Assembly: GCA_949293175.1 (NCBI GenBank)
Contig: CASFCI010000008.1
Span: 954 to 64,953, forward strand
DNA length: 64,000 nt
Source of the DNA: an uncultured bacterium
GTDB lineage: Bacteria > Bacillota_I > Bacilli_A > RFN20 > CAG-826
Direction: 5' to 3'
Positions within the stretch are counted from its first letter, which is position 1, and each line of letters starts with the position of its first letter. Below the pieces are notes generated by a model that was given only the letters and a program-made list of their open reading frames with translations, searched no databases and had not been told where the DNA came from. The translations under genes were made by a program, and so were the position numbers. Shown in pieces: positions 18,953 to 29,025 of the stretch.

Positions 18953-19494
18953 TTTGCGTTCCCCTTCTTGGCTATGATCACCTTGCTGTAGCCGTATTTG
19001 TATTCCTTGGTCCAATCGAAGCCGGACAGGTCCAGTTCCAATTCGCCCTCGTATTCTATAACGACGGCCGACTCTTCTTTAAGAAGATTTCCGCCACTCA
19101 GCAAGTCGATGGCCTGCTGATAGTATTCCTTTTTCGCATAGGGCGGGTCCAAAAAGACCAGATCCAGCGAAGCAGGCGGAATCGATGATAGGGCATCCTT
19201 GAAATCGGCCCGGAGCACCTTCTGCGTTTCCTTTAGGCTGGCAAGGTTCTTCTTGATGACCGCGACGGCTTCGGGGGAATAATCGACGAAAAGGCAACTA
19301 GTCGCCCCGCGCGACAAAGCCTCGATGCCTAGCGCCCCGCTGCCGGCGAATAGATCAAGGCAATTGGCCCCGGGCAGGTAGTTGCGGATGGCCGAGAAGA
19401 TGGCCTCGCGGGTCCTCGACTTGGTCGGGACGGTGCCCTCATCTGGTATCTCGATGTTCCTTGAGCGGTATTTACCGCCGATTACCTTAACCAT
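18949..19494 (-). CDS. rsmD: 16S rRNA (guanine966-N2)-methyltransferase RsmD
   Basis: '[12 protein letters not shown]...[19 protein letters not shown]...DPPY'. Confidence 0.85.
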   Translation of the reverse strand: MVKVIGGKYRSRNIEIPDEGTVPTKSRTREAIFSAIRNYLPGANCLDLFAGSGALGIEALSRGATSCLFVDYSPEAVAVIKKNLASLKETQKVLRADFKDALSSIPPASLDLVFLDPPYAKKEYYQQAIDLLSGGNLLKEESAVVIEYEGELELDLSGFDWTKEYKYGYSKVIIAKKGNAK

Positions 19495-19855
19495 GATGCC
19501 TCCCGCAGGCCTTAGATGGGACCTCGACCTCAAACAAGGCCTTGTTTACCTGGTCTAACAGCCTTCTGTATCCGGAATACGCCTTCATGTAGGCCCTGGA
19601 TTCAGGAAGCTCGTCTATTTCCTTCTTATAAAGATATAGGGCGTGCTGCTCCGCTTTGGATTGCTCCGATTCCTCGCCGAAGTGATTGAGGGCGAACTCG
19701 AGTTTCTCCTCCTGCTGCCTGATAAGCGCGGAAAGTCTGTTGGCCTCAGAGGAAAGGTTAAGCTTCTCCTCGGCAGAATTTAGCGCGATCGCCTCTTGGC
19801 ACCCGCTTAGGTAATCCCTGACCGCGCATAGGCGGGCAACGGTGGCTTCTTCCAT
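19487..19855 (-). CDS. Hypothetical protein (122 aa). Translationally coupled to rsmD.
   Basis: ORF with 8-nt overlap to the rsmD start. Confidence 0.4.
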   Translation of the reverse strand: MEEATVARLCAVRDYLSGCQEAIALNSAEEKLNLSSEANRLSALIRQQEEKLEFALNHFGEESEQSKAEQHALYLYKKEIDELPESRAYMKAYSGYRRLLDQVNKALFEVEVPSKACGRHHG

Positions 19856-19914
19856 CGGGGAAGATTTTACTTATTGTTGGCCATTTAGGCAAAGAAAGTG
19901 AACAATCCGCGCCT

Positions 19915-20481
19915 TTGCACTATAATCTCATGGATATGTTGAAGATAGTCAAAGACACCAACCCGAAGCTAAGGCGCAAATGCGATCCGGTGGAGACCCC
20001 GCTGGATGAGGAGAACGAGGCGATAGCCCTATCGCTGCTTTCATACCTCAAGGACTCGCAGGACCCCGACTTCCTCGAAAAGCATCCCAAGGTCCGCTCC
20101 GGCGTCGGCCTCGCCGCGCCCCAGGTCGGGGTGAGCCGGAGGATGATCGCCGTCTACTTCGAGGATGAGGACGGCAAGGAGATCTGCCACGTGCTGGCCA
20201 ACCCGAGGATATTGGCTTCATCGGTCAGGCAGTGCTACCTCGCCGGGGGCGAGGGATGCCTAAGCGTCGACGCCCCGCATCAAGGCAACGTCTACCGCGC
20301 CTATAAGATAACCGTGGCCGCCTATGACGTCTTATCCAAGAAGGACGTGAAGCTCGTCGCCCGGGGATATGAGGCCATAGTCCTTCAGCACGAGATGGAC
20401 CACCTGGATGGAATCCTCTTCTACGACCACATCGACCATCCAGACAAATCCATCGACGTAGATGACGCGATCCGCATCTAA
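19915..20481 (+). CDS. def: Peptide deformylase. The start may be 19933 or 19936.
   Basis: 'GLAAPQVG', 'EGCLS', 'HEMDHLDG'. Confidence 0.9.
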   Translation: MHYNLMDMLKIVKDTNPKLRRKCDPVETPLDEENEAIALSLLSYLKDSQDPDFLEKHPKVRSGVGLAAPQVGVSRRMIAVYFEDEDGKEICHVLANPRILASSVRQCYLAGGEGCLSVDAPHQGNVYRAYKITVAAYDVLSKKDVKLVARGYEAIVLQHEMDHLDGILFYDHIDHPDKSIDVDDAIRI

Positions 20482-20497
20482 AACAGAAAGCGTTTAC

Positions 20498-20535
20498 AGC
20501 CGCCCTAATGCTCTTCCACGGGGCGGCTTTTATGT
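20498..20535 (+). terminator. Terminator after def
   Basis: agccgccc...gggcggct followed by tttatgtt. Confidence 0.55.
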
Positions 20536-20595
20536 TATATTTACCGCGAAGCAACTCACATAAGCGAGATTCTTTATCTAGAAAGGAACATTATT

Positions 20596-22263
20596 ATGGT
20601 CAAAGACACGCCTATAAGCATCTATGCGCTTGGGGGTTTAGGCGAGGTCGGCAAGAACACCTACTGCTTCGAGGCCGATAGATCCCTCATCATGGTCGAT
20701 GCCGGGGTCCGCTTCCCCGAGGCAAACCTACCGGGCGTCGACTACGTGATACCCGACTACACCTACCTCCGCAACAACCGCAGCAAGATCAAAGCATTGT
20801 TCATCACCCACGGCCACGAGGACCACATCGGGGGAATCCCCTTCCTCGTCAGAAGCGTCTATATCCCGGTCATCTACGCCCCGCGGCTAGCCGCGGCCCT
20901 GATCCGCCATAAACTCGAGGACAACCGCATCAAGGACCCGGTCAAGATCGTCGAATACGACCAGGACTCGGTAATAAAGATCGGCGACGAGTTCACCGTC
21001 TCCTTCTTCCGCGTCACCCATTCCATCCCGGATTCGTTTGGGATATGCATCGACACGCCGCAAGGCAGAATCGTCGAGACCGGCGATTTCAAGATCGACC
21101 TGACCCCGGTCGGGCCGAAGTTCGAGATCGACAAGCTCGCCAGGCTTGGGTCGGAGGGCGTCGACCTGCTGATGGCCGACTCGACCAACGCCGAGCTAGA
21201 GGGCTACACCCCAAGCGAGACCAACGTCCGCGCCGGCGTCGAAGAAATATTTGAGAAAGCCCCAGGCCGCATCATCGTCTCCACCTTCTCGAGCAACATC
21301 AACCGCATCCAGCAGGTCGTCGAGGTGGCCGTCGCCCATGGAAGGAAGATATGCATCCTCGGCCGCTCGATGAAGAACGTCATCTCCATCGCCCGCGAAT
21401 ACGGCTACATCAAGATCCCCGACGCCTCGATAGTCGAGGAAAGCAACCTGCGCAACTACAAGCTCAACGAGATCTGCATAATCTGCACCGGGAGCCAAGG
21501 CGAGCCGATGGCCGCGCTCTCGCGCATCGTCTCCGGGGACAACCGCAACACCTCGATCCTCCCCGGCGACACCGTCGTCTTCTCCTCCAACCCGATCCCG
21601 GGCAACGGGATGCTAGTCGATAGGCTGGTCAACAACCTCGTCAAGCAAGGGGCCGACGTGAAGCAGAATTCGATCGCCTTCTCGCTGCATTCCTCCGGCC
21701 ACCCGTCTAAGCAGGAGCTCCGCCTAATGCAGCGGCTCGTAAACCCCGCCTTCTTCATGCCGGTGCATGGCGAATACAGGATGCTCGTCCTCCACGGCCA
21801 GATCGCCAAGGACCTCGGCATGGACGAGAAGAAGGTATTCGTCTGCGACAACGGCGACGTGCTCGAGCTCTTCCACCACAAGATAACCCGCAGCGGCGCC
21901 CACATCCCGGCCGAGGATGTCTACATCGATGGCAATGACCTCGATGGGGTCAACGGGGCCATAATATCCGACCGCGACGTGCTCAAGTCCGAGGGCATGA
22001 TCGCCGTAATGATGACCATCTCGGCCTCTAAGGGCAACCTGCTGATCCCGCCGATAGTCTATGCCCGCGGCTTCGCCGCCAGCGAATCCACCCACGTCGT
22101 CCGCCACGCCCAGATCCGGGCCGAGGAGGAGGTCAGGAACATACTTGCCCACCATGGGTCGTTCGCCGATATAAAATCCGGCGTCAGGAACGTCGTCAGC
22201 AAATACGTCGAGCGCAAAACCGGCCGCAAACCCGTCATCATTCCGATGATAATGGAGGCCTAA
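20596..22263 (+). CDS. rnj: Ribonuclease J
   Basis: Metallo-beta-lactamase 'HGHEDHIGG'. 555 aa beta-CASP architecture. Confidence 0.9.
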   Translation: MVKDTPISIYALGGLGEVGKNTYCFEADRSLIMVDAGVRFPEANLPGVDYVIPDYTYLRNNRSKIKALFITHGHEDHIGGIPFLVRSVYIPVIYAPRLAAALIRHKLEDNRIKDPVKIVEYDQDSVIKIGDEFTVSFFRVTHSIPDSFGICIDTPQGRIVETGDFKIDLTPVGPKFEIDKLARLGSEGVDLLMADSTNAELEGYTPSETNVRAGVEEIFEKAPGRIIVSTFSSNINRIQQVVEVAVAHGRKICILGRSMKNVISIAREYGYIKIPDASIVEESNLRNYKLNEICIICTGSQGEPMAALSRIVSGDNRNTSILPGDTVVFSSNPIPGNGMLVDRLVNNLVKQGADVKQNSIAFSLHSSGHPSKQELRLMQRLVNPAFFMPVHGEYRMLVLHGQIAKDLGMDEKKVFVCDNGDVLELFHHKITRSGAHIPAEDVYIDGNDLDGVNGAIISDRDVLKSEGMIAVMMTISASKGNLLIPPIVYARGFAASESTHVVRHAQIRAEEEVRNILAHHGSFADIKSGVRNVVSKYVERKTGRKPVIIPMIMEA

Positions 22264-22809
22264 ATGCTGATACTCGCATCAAGCTCTCCCCGCCGCAAGG
22301 AGCTGCTCCAGCTCATAACCAAGGACTTCGTGGTCTTTGCCTCGCACGTCGAGGAGAAAGACCTCCAGGTGTCCCCGGAGCAGACCCCGCTGCAGGAATC
22401 GAAGATGAAGGCCTACGCCGCCTTGCAATCCCATCAGCACGACGAGATACTCGCCTGCGACACCGTGGTGATACTGTCCAACCGCGTCCTAGGAAAGCCC
22501 AAGGACCGGGAAGCGGCCATCAACATGCTCCTCGCCCAATCGGGAAAGAAGCAGGTAGTCGTCAGCGGCTACACCTACATCGGCAAAGGCCGCGAGATAA
22601 CCCGCTCGGTCGCGACCGCGGTCTACTTCAACAAGCTCACCAGGGAGCAAATCGAGGAATACGTCGATAGGTTCCGCCCGTTCGACAAGGCAGGGGCCTA
22701 CGGCATTCAGGACGATTATCCCCTAATAGAAAAGATAGAGGGAAGCTATTACAACGTCATGGGGCTGCCGGTCGAGGACATAAAGGCCCACGTCTTCAGC
22801 CAAAGATGA
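22264..22809 (+). CDS. maf: Maf-family nucleoside triphosphate pyrophosphatase
   Basis: 'ILASSSPRRKELL'. 181 aa. Confidence 0.85.
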   Translation: MLILASSSPRRKELLQLITKDFVVFASHVEEKDLQVSPEQTPLQESKMKAYAALQSHQHDEILACDTVVILSNRVLGKPKDREAAINMLLAQSGKKQVVVSGYTYIGKGREITRSVATAVYFNKLTREQIEEYVDRFRPFDKAGAYGIQDDYPLIEKIEGSYYNVMGLPVEDIKAHVFSQR

Positions 22810-23176
22810 CCTTGTAGGCCTCCTCGGCATTGCCCTTTATGACCAAGGTCAGCTTATCCGACATCATTATGAAGCCGTCGACGCCGGCTTCTTTTAATTT
22901 CTCCTTATCGAGCTTGGAGTAATCGGCAAGCCTAAGGACGATCCTCGAGCCGCGGAGCTCCTTCTCGATGATGTTGGCTTCTCCGCCAAGAGCATCCAAA
23001 TACTCCGACTTCGAGGCCAGTTTCTTCACTGTCTTCTTGCCCTTCCGGAGGTAATAGGAAAGCAATATCGCGGCCGCGGCCGCGACTATCAGGGCCGCGA
23101 CCCCGATGGCTAAATACATGCCATAGTCGCGAAGGAAGTCATTAACGTTCGCATACATCATAGATTTATCCCCCAC
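22796..23176 (-). CDS. Membrane-anchored PTS EIIB-like domain protein lacking the phospho-Cys
   Basis: N-terminal TM. 'LGGEANIIEKELRGSRIVLRL...GVDGF' is EIIB(Glc)-like, but Cys is replaced by Arg/Gly/Ser. Confidence 0.35.
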   Translation of the reverse strand: MGDKSMMYANVNDFLRDYGMYLAIGVAALIVAAAAAILLSYYLRKGKKTVKKLASKSEYLDALGGEANIIEKELRGSRIVLRLADYSKLDKEKLKEAGVDGFIMMSDKLTLVIKGNAEEAYKVIFG

Positions 23177-23217
23177 TCAAGGAAACGTTGCTATAATAGC
23201 ACACGAGGAAACAAACT

Positions 23218-23793
23218 ATGTCCAACGCCATTGAAATCGAAGCCAAAGCATTGGTGAGCCAAGACGACTACCGGAAACTGGCCAAGCTGTTCCCGGATTC
23301 GCCCCGCTACACCCAGACCAACCATTATATAGACTCCGACGAGCGCATCCTGTTCAAGGAAGGCATCGCGCTCCGCATCAGGGAGAAGAACGGCCAGTAC
23401 GAGCTGACCTTGAAGACCCCGCTGTCGCAGGGATTGCTTGAGAAGAACTGCGTCATTACCAAGCAGCAGTTCGACGACTTCAAGGAGAAGGGGATATTCC
23501 CCAAGGGCGATACCTCCCGCTTCCTGACGATGCTCGACATCGACATCGCCACCTTGAAGATATTGACCTCCCTCACCACCGACCGCATCGACGTCGAATA
23601 CAAAGGCGGGTTGCTCTCCATCGACCGGAACTGCTACTCCGGCAAGACCGACTACGAGGTCGAGTTCGAGTACAACAACCTCGGCGGCGCCAAGAAGGTC
23701 CTCTCCGACCTCTTCGAGGAAAATGGGATCGCCTATACCTTCACCAAAGCCTCCAAGACCCGCCGGGCCATGGAAGCCCTCGAGGCAAAGTAA
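23218..23793 (+). CDS. CYTH-domain (triphosphate tunnel metalloenzyme) protein
   Basis: N-terminal 'EIEAK' (ExExK) motif. 191 aa. Confidence 0.7.
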   Translation: MSNAIEIEAKALVSQDDYRKLAKLFPDSPRYTQTNHYIDSDERILFKEGIALRIREKNGQYELTLKTPLSQGLLEKNCVITKQQFDDFKEKGIFPKGDTSRFLTMLDIDIATLKILTSLTTDRIDVEYKGGLLSIDRNCYSGKTDYEVEFEYNNLGGAKKVLSDLFEENGIAYTFTKASKTRRAMEALEAK

Positions 23794-23833
23794 GCAAGGC
23801 AAAAACAAAGAGCCCTCATTGATGCTCTTTGTT

Positions 23834-24187
23834 TTACTTTAATGGTACATCGAATGGCTTTCTTTTCTTTAATGCATCACGTATTTTTATTTGCTTATTT
23901 CCAATTGGTTCATAAATTTCAAAATAATCATAGTTTATATTTTTTGCTTGAATCAAAGGTTTGCCATCAATCATATAATCATTAATATCATCAACTCCAC
24001 TTAAATATCCTAAGTCATGTTCATCGCAGAGCCAAATTGTTAAAACCTCATATGGAAAACTCATTGTAAAAAACATGCAAACATATTTATTCTTTTTTTT
24101 ACAATAATCGATAATTTCTAGTGCAGTAGGATCTTCTGGAGTAGAGGTTGGCTTATGGTAAACTAAATCACCAAATTTATACTTCAT
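23834..24187 (-). CDS. Hypothetical protein (117 aa) encoded in an AT-rich islet
   Basis: Intact ORF. Local GC is far below the ~59% genome background. Confidence 0.45.
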   Translation of the reverse strand: MKYKFGDLVYHKPTSTPEDPTALEIIDYCKKKNKYVCMFFTMSFPYEVLTIWLCDEHDLGYLSGVDDINDYMIDGKPLIQAKNINYDYFEIYEPIGNKQIKIRDALKKRKPFDVPLK

Positions 24188-24269
24188 CTTAATTCTTTGG
24201 GCTATCAGGATGTGTTACAGCTACCTCATCTTCATTTGGAGTTCTTTTTTTTGTTTACCGCGAGACCGA

Positions 24270-24995
24270 TCAGAGGGTCACCGAAGGTATGGCCTCGCCC
24301 TCTGGCTCCTCGTAGATGGCCTTGGCCCGGTAGCAACTTAGCCCCAGCACGGCGATACCGGTAAGGGTCGGGAGCAAGGCGATGAACAGCAGGAACAAGC
24401 CATCGAGCCGGATGAAGTTCTCGAAGTCCTTGATTAATTCCTGATAGGGGATGAACAGGCCGGTGGCGGCAAGCCCCGCGATGAAGGCAATCACCCCTAA
24501 GGCAACCGATAGCGGGCTCCGGCCGGAGGCATTGCAGGCGATGATGGTGAATAGGCCAAACAGGAGGACGACCCCGTATCCGATCAAATAGCCGGGGATC
24601 CTAAGCGATGAGAGCGAGACCGACGAGAAGTCGAATATCTTGCTTAGCGAGGCGAAATCGAAGCCAACGAAGTAGACGACGGCGCTCATGGCTCCGGCGA
24701 GGCCAAGGAAAATAGAGGAGCATAGAATGACCGGGCTGCTCTTGGCGAAGGCCCCGATCAGCATGGAGATGAGGCACACAAGCCCGAATAAGGCGATAGC
24801 CGAGTAGAAGGCGGCGTTTCCGAATATGTCGTATAAGACGTCGATCGATAAGGCTTGGCCTGGCTGCAGGCGGGGGTCGGAAAAGGCGTCGATGACCTGC
24901 TCGAAGGCGAGATAGCCGATTACGGCGAGGAACATCAAAGATGCCAGGGTGGCGAACAGAAGATAAACCGGCGAGCGGAGCTTGTTGGAAACCAT
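24270..24995 (-). CDS. Polytopic membrane protein, unknown function
   Basis: 6-7 hydrophobic helices. Confidence 0.5.
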   Translation of the reverse strand: MVSNKLRSPVYLLFATLASLMFLAVIGYLAFEQVIDAFSDPRLQPGQALSIDVLYDIFGNAAFYSAIALFGLVCLISMLIGAFAKSSPVILCSSIFLGLAGAMSAVVYFVGFDFASLSKIFDFSSVSLSSLRIPGYLIGYGVVLLFGLFTIIACNASGRSPLSVALGVIAFIAGLAATGLFIPYQELIKDFENFIRLDGLFLLFIALLPTLTGIAVLGLSCYRAKAIYEEPEGEAIPSVTL

Positions 24996-24997
24996 AC

Positions 24998-25444
24998 TCA
25001 GTCCTTTCTCCCGTCTTCCTTGTTGTCCAAGGCATGCTCACAGACGGAGTAGCGAGGGCAATCGGTCGGATTGCAGTAGAAGGCGGCCAATTGGCGGGCC
25101 CTAGGGATGAAGGTCGTTATATCTTCCTCATTGTAACCAACTTGAACACGGCGGTCATCAACGATTATCGGGCGTTTGAGGACCGAAGGGTTCTTCCTTA
25201 TGAAGGCGATGAGCTCGCTTAGCTTCATCGAATCGAAATCGATATTCTGCTCGCTGACGATTTTAGACCGCCGGGAGATGATGTCGTCGGTGCCGTTCTC
25301 GCATTTGGTGATGACGTCATAGATGTCCTTTTCGGTAAGATCGGGCGAGAAGATGTTCTTCTCGGTGTATTCGATGTGGTTGTCGTCGAAATATTTCTTG
25401 ACCTTCCGGCAGCTAGAGCACGACGGCGATACAAAAACGGTAAT
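24998..25444 (-). CDS. Spx/ArsC-family redox protein with an extra Cys-rich C-terminal tail
   Basis: N-terminal 'SPSCSSCRK' CxxC. Tail 'FYCNPTDCPRYSVCEH'. Confidence 0.65.
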   Translation of the reverse strand: MTVFVSPSCSSCRKVKKYFDDNHIEYTEKNIFSPDLTEKDIYDVITKCENGTDDIISRRSKIVSEQNIDFDSMKLSELIAFIRKNPSVLKRPIIVDDRRVQVGYNEEDITTFIPRARQLAAFYCNPTDCPRYSVCEHALDNKEDGRKD

Positions 25445-25539
25445 CATCTTGAGCAAAGTATATCACTTTTATACTCAATAAAACTAACTTGCGTACGCTC
25501 GCACACGCGGAAAGTGTGGTCTATAATGTGCGCCAGGGA

Positions 25540-26532
25540 AATATGAAACGTATATTGAGCGGAATAAAGCCGACTGGGAACCTGACCCTCGGCAACTACA
25601 TCGGTGCCCTAAAGCACTTCAAGGATTTTCAGGACCAAGGCGAGGTGTACATATTCATCGCAGACCTCCACGCCTTGACTTTGCCGATCGATCCAGAAAA
25701 ACTCCGTGAGAACTCCATTGACATCGCCTGCTTCTACCTAGCCAGCGGCCTTGATCCCGAAAAGAGCGCCATCTTCCTGCAAAGCTCCGTCTCGGCCCAC
25801 GCTGAGCTCAACGCGATACTGCAGAATTACCTCTACATGGGCGAGCTCTCGCGCATGACCCAGTTCAAGGACAAGAGCGCCAAGATGGCCAAATCCGCCA
25901 TCGGTTTGGGCCTATTCGCCTACCCGGTACTCATGGCGGCCGACATCGTGTTGTACAACGCCGACATCGTCCCGGTCGGGGCCGACCAGACCCAGCACGT
26001 CGAGCTTTGCCGCGACCTGGTCAAGCGCTTCAACTCCCGCTATGGCGACATCCTCGTCACCCCCAAGGCCCAGGTCGGCAAGGTCGGCGCCCGCATCATG
26101 TCGCTGGTGAACCCGCTGGCCAAGATGTCCAAATCCGACCCCAAGGGCGACATATTCCTAAAAGACGATATGGCCTCCGTCAGGAAGAAGATAATGTCGG
26201 CCGTCACCGACTCCGGATCGGAGGTCAAATACGACAAGGAGAACAAGCCCGGCATCTCGAACCTTCTCACCATCTATGCCTCGCTGAAGGACATGAGCAT
26301 CGAGGAGGCCGAGAAGTTCTTCGTCGGCTATCGCTATGGCGACTTCAAGAAGGCCGTCGCGCAGGCCGTCGTCGACGAGCTTGAGCCCTTCCAGAAGCGC
26401 TACCAGGAGATTAAGGAGAAGAAGCTCTACATACCGGTTCTGCGCCAAGGACGCGAAAAGGCCACCGCAATCGCCAATCAGACCTTGAAAAAGGTGCAAA
26501 AGGCCGTTGGATTGCTCGTTATCGATGAATAA
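25540..26532 (+). CDS. trpS: Tryptophanyl-tRNA synthetase
   Basis: 'GIKPTGNLTLGNYIGA' (HIGH region). 'KMSKS'. Confidence 0.9.
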   Translation, partial: NMKRILSGIKPTGNLTLGNYIGALKHFKDFQDQGEVYIFIADLHALTLPIDPEKLRENSIDIACFYLASGLDPEKSAIFLQSSVSAHAELNAILQNYLYMGELSRMTQFKDKSAKMAKSAIGLGLFAYPVLMAADIVLYNADIVPVGADQTQHVELCRDLVKRFNSRYGDILVTPKAQVGKVGARIMSLVNPLAKMSKSDPKGDIFLKDDMASVRKKIMSAVTDSGSEVKYDKENKPGISNLLTIYASLKDMSIEEAEKFFVGYRYGDFKKAVAQAVVDELEPFQKRYQEIKEKKLYIPVLRQGREKATAIANQTLKKVQKAVGLLVIDE

Positions 26533-27310
26533 GGCCGTCGTCATAGACGTCGACGGCACCTTGCTGTCGACCCGGGGTAGGATGGGCGCCAAAACAAAGG
26601 CCGCCCTCCGCTACCTTCATGGCAAAGGCTATTTGGTCATACTTAATTCGGGGCGGCCCAGGAGGAATCTTGAGCCGCTTTTGGGTCAGCTTGGGTTCGA
26701 CGCCCCGCTGATCTGCTACAACGGAGCCGAATGCATCGACCAGGACGGGACGGTGCTTTTCAGGCACGACCTATCGACGGTAGGACTAAGGAGCATATAC
26801 TCGCAAGCCAAGGGATTCCTCACCTCCTTCGCCTGCGAGGACGAGACGACGATATACGCAATGATGAAGGATTCCTACCTATCGCACTACTTCCCATTCG
26901 CCGGCATGAAGCTTTCCTTTGGCGCTGCCACCCCGCTTCCCGAATCCGGCATCATGGCCTGCCTGCTGCGCTGCCCCCACCGCCATGACGGGAGGCTGGA
27001 GGAGATATGCACCAAGTCCGGATTCGACTATCGCCACTGGACCTCATCGACCTATTCCGAGGTATGCAGGAAGGGCGTGGACAAAGCTTCGGCCCTACGC
27101 TTCCTCATCGACAAATACCATCTGCAAAAAGACGGGATATATGGGTTTGGGGATTCGAGCAACGACCTAGGCTTCCTTTCCCTGTGCGGGCATCCATATT
27201 GCATGGCCAGCAGCAAGAACGAGGCCATGAGGAACGCCTTCCCCCTGACTAAAAAAGGCAACTCCGATGACGGAGTCGCCTTTGAGTTGATTGAGGTCCT
27301 AGGCCTTTAG
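26525..27310 (+). CDS. Cof-type HAD-IIB phosphatase
   Basis: 'VVIDVDGTLL'. 'GFGDSSNDLGFL'. Confidence 0.8.
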   Translation: MNKAVVIDVDGTLLSTRGRMGAKTKAALRYLHGKGYLVILNSGRPRRNLEPLLGQLGFDAPLICYNGAECIDQDGTVLFRHDLSTVGLRSIYSQAKGFLTSFACEDETTIYAMMKDSYLSHYFPFAGMKLSFGAATPLPESGIMACLLRCPHRHDGRLEEICTKSGFDYRHWTSSTYSEVCRKGVDKASALRFLIDKYHLQKDGIYGFGDSSNDLGFLSLCGHPYCMASSKNEAMRNAFPLTKKGNSDDGVAFELIEVLGL

Positions 27311-29014
27311 CCCGAGATAGGACCGGATGGCGGAGTTGAGATCATCCGCCTTTTTCTCTAGACCCAAGCCGGAATCGCGGCTGATGGTCTCGATGTAGAA
27401 CTTTATCTTCGGCTCGGTGCCGCTTGGCCTGATGGCCAGCGTGGACTCATCGTCGAAGCAGTATTTGATGACATCAGAAGCGGGCAATCCCTTGATCTCC
27501 TCAACCTTGCCGTCAGCATAGGTCCGCTTGGCGGAGAGGTAATCCTCGACGTAGGCGACCTTGCGTCCAGCGAGTTCCTCAAGCGGCTTGTCGTGGAGCT
27601 CGGCCATGAGCTTCTTCATGGTCGCGTTGCCCTCCATCCCCTCGAAGTAGCAGTCCTTGGTGACGGTGAAGTGATAGCCGATCCGCTTCTCTAACGCGGC
27701 ATAGGCCTCGTCTAGATGAAGCCCCTTGCTCTTGTAGTAGAGGGCCATCTCGGTGTAGAGGAGGATGGCCTGCGTGCCGTCTTTGTCCCTGACGAAGGGG
27801 GCGATTAGGCAGCCATATGATTCCTCATATCCGAAGACGAAGGTCGGGCCTTTGCCTAGCTCCTCATAGTGGCGTATCCGCTCGCCGATGAACTTGAAGC
27901 CGGTCAGGAAAGACTCGCATTTAACGCCGTATGAGGCGGCGACTTCCCTTCCGAAGGAGCTGGTGACGATGGTGTCGTAGATGACGGCGTCGGATGGCAA
28001 TGTGCCCTTTTCCTTCTTGCAGGAGAGCAGATAGTCGATCAGCAGCGCCCCGGACTGGTTACCAGTGAGGCGCTTATAGGTGCCATCGCTCGCCAGATAG
28101 GCCAGACCGCAGCGGTCGCCGTCGGGGTCGGTCATGACCGCGAGGTCGGCATGGTACTGCTTTGCGTACTCGAGGCTCTTGGTCCAGGCGGCCTCCAACT
28201 CGGGGTTGGGCGAGGCGGTGCCGGAGAAGGATGGGTCGTGGGTGCATTGCTCAGCGACCGGGATGACGTTGTACCCGCATTCCTTGAACACCCTCATCGA
28301 GACCTCATAGGAGGCGCCGTGCTGCGGCGAGTAGATAAGGGTGAAATGGCTCTTATCGAGCTCAGGGTGCTCCTGGCATCCCTTAACCAGCTTGATGTAC
28401 TCGTCGTCGATGTCTTTGGCCAGCATCACCTGCTCGCCCCGCTTCCGGGCGGTCGGGACCTCGTAGGAAAGCTCGTCGGGAAGCTTGGACAGGATCTCAA
28501 GCATCGGCTTTATCTTTGAAGGCACGAGCTGGCAGCCGGAATCGTCATAGACCTTGTATCCGTTGTATTGCTTCGGGTTGTGGCTGGCGGTGATCATCAC
28601 GCCGCCGGCGGCATGGAGGTAGCGGACGGCGAAGCTAAGCTCCGGGGTCGGGCGAAGAGAATCGAATATGTAGGTGTTGATGCCCATCTGGTTGAGCAAA
28701 GAGGAGGTGAGCAAGGTGAATTCGCGGGAGTTGTAGCGGTTGTCATGGCTTATGACGACGCCTCTTGATGCCGCCTCCTTGCCGCCTTTCAGTATGAACT
28801 CGCCGAAAGCGACGGTCGCCCGCCCAACGGTGTGGGAGTTCATCCGGTTGGTGCCGGGACCCATGACGCCCCTCATGCCGGCGGTCCCAAATTCGCAATC
28901 CTTGTAGAAAGCGTCATTGCGCTCCTCTTCGGAAAGGGAGATGAGCGCTTCCTTCTCCTTCTCGGAAACCCGAGGCGAGGATAGCCAGCGGCTGTAGTTC
29001 TCTTTAACGTCCAT
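27299..29014 (-). CDS. pgcA: Phosphoglucomutase/phosphomannomutase (alpha-D-phosphohexomutase)
   Basis: 'ITASHNPKQYNGYKVY'. 571 aa. Confidence 0.85.
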   Translation of the reverse strand: MDVKENYSRWLSSPRVSEKEKEALISLSEEERNDAFYKDCEFGTAGMRGVMGPGTNRMNSHTVGRATVAFGEFILKGGKEAASRGVVISHDNRYNSREFTLLTSSLLNQMGINTYIFDSLRPTPELSFAVRYLHAAGGVMITASHNPKQYNGYKVYDDSGCQLVPSKIKPMLEILSKLPDELSYEVPTARKRGEQVMLAKDIDDEYIKLVKGCQEHPELDKSHFTLIYSPQHGASYEVSMRVFKECGYNVIPVAEQCTHDPSFSGTASPNPELEAAWTKSLEYAKQYHADLAVMTDPDGDRCGLAYLASDGTYKRLTGNQSGALLIDYLLSCKKEKGTLPSDAVIYDTIVTSSFGREVAASYGVKCESFLTGFKFIGERIRHYEELGKGPTFVFGYEESYGCLIAPFVRDKDGTQAILLYTEMALYYKSKGLHLDEAYAALEKRIGYHFTVTKDCYFEGMEGNATMKKLMAELHDKPLEELAGRKVAYVEDYLSAKRTYADGKVEEIKGLPASDVIKYCFDDESTLAIRPSGTEPKIKFYIETISRDSGLGLEKKADDLNSAIRSYLGLKA

Positions 29015-29025
29015 AGGTTGCCTCC

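Noticed and set aside
19856-19935. Longer N-terminal forms of coaD (19015), rsmD (19533), trpS (25489), metK (42707), mgtE (43914) and MATE (61783) as given by the ORF track
   Set aside because: Family-typical N-termini begin at internal Met codons ([55 protein letters not shown]). The extensions are non-conserved and often overlap neighbouring genes.
23191-23808. 205-aa ORF antisense to the CYTH gene (also 23325-23621)
   Set aside because: This is an antisense artefact. The CYTH sense frame carries the diagnostic ExExK motif.
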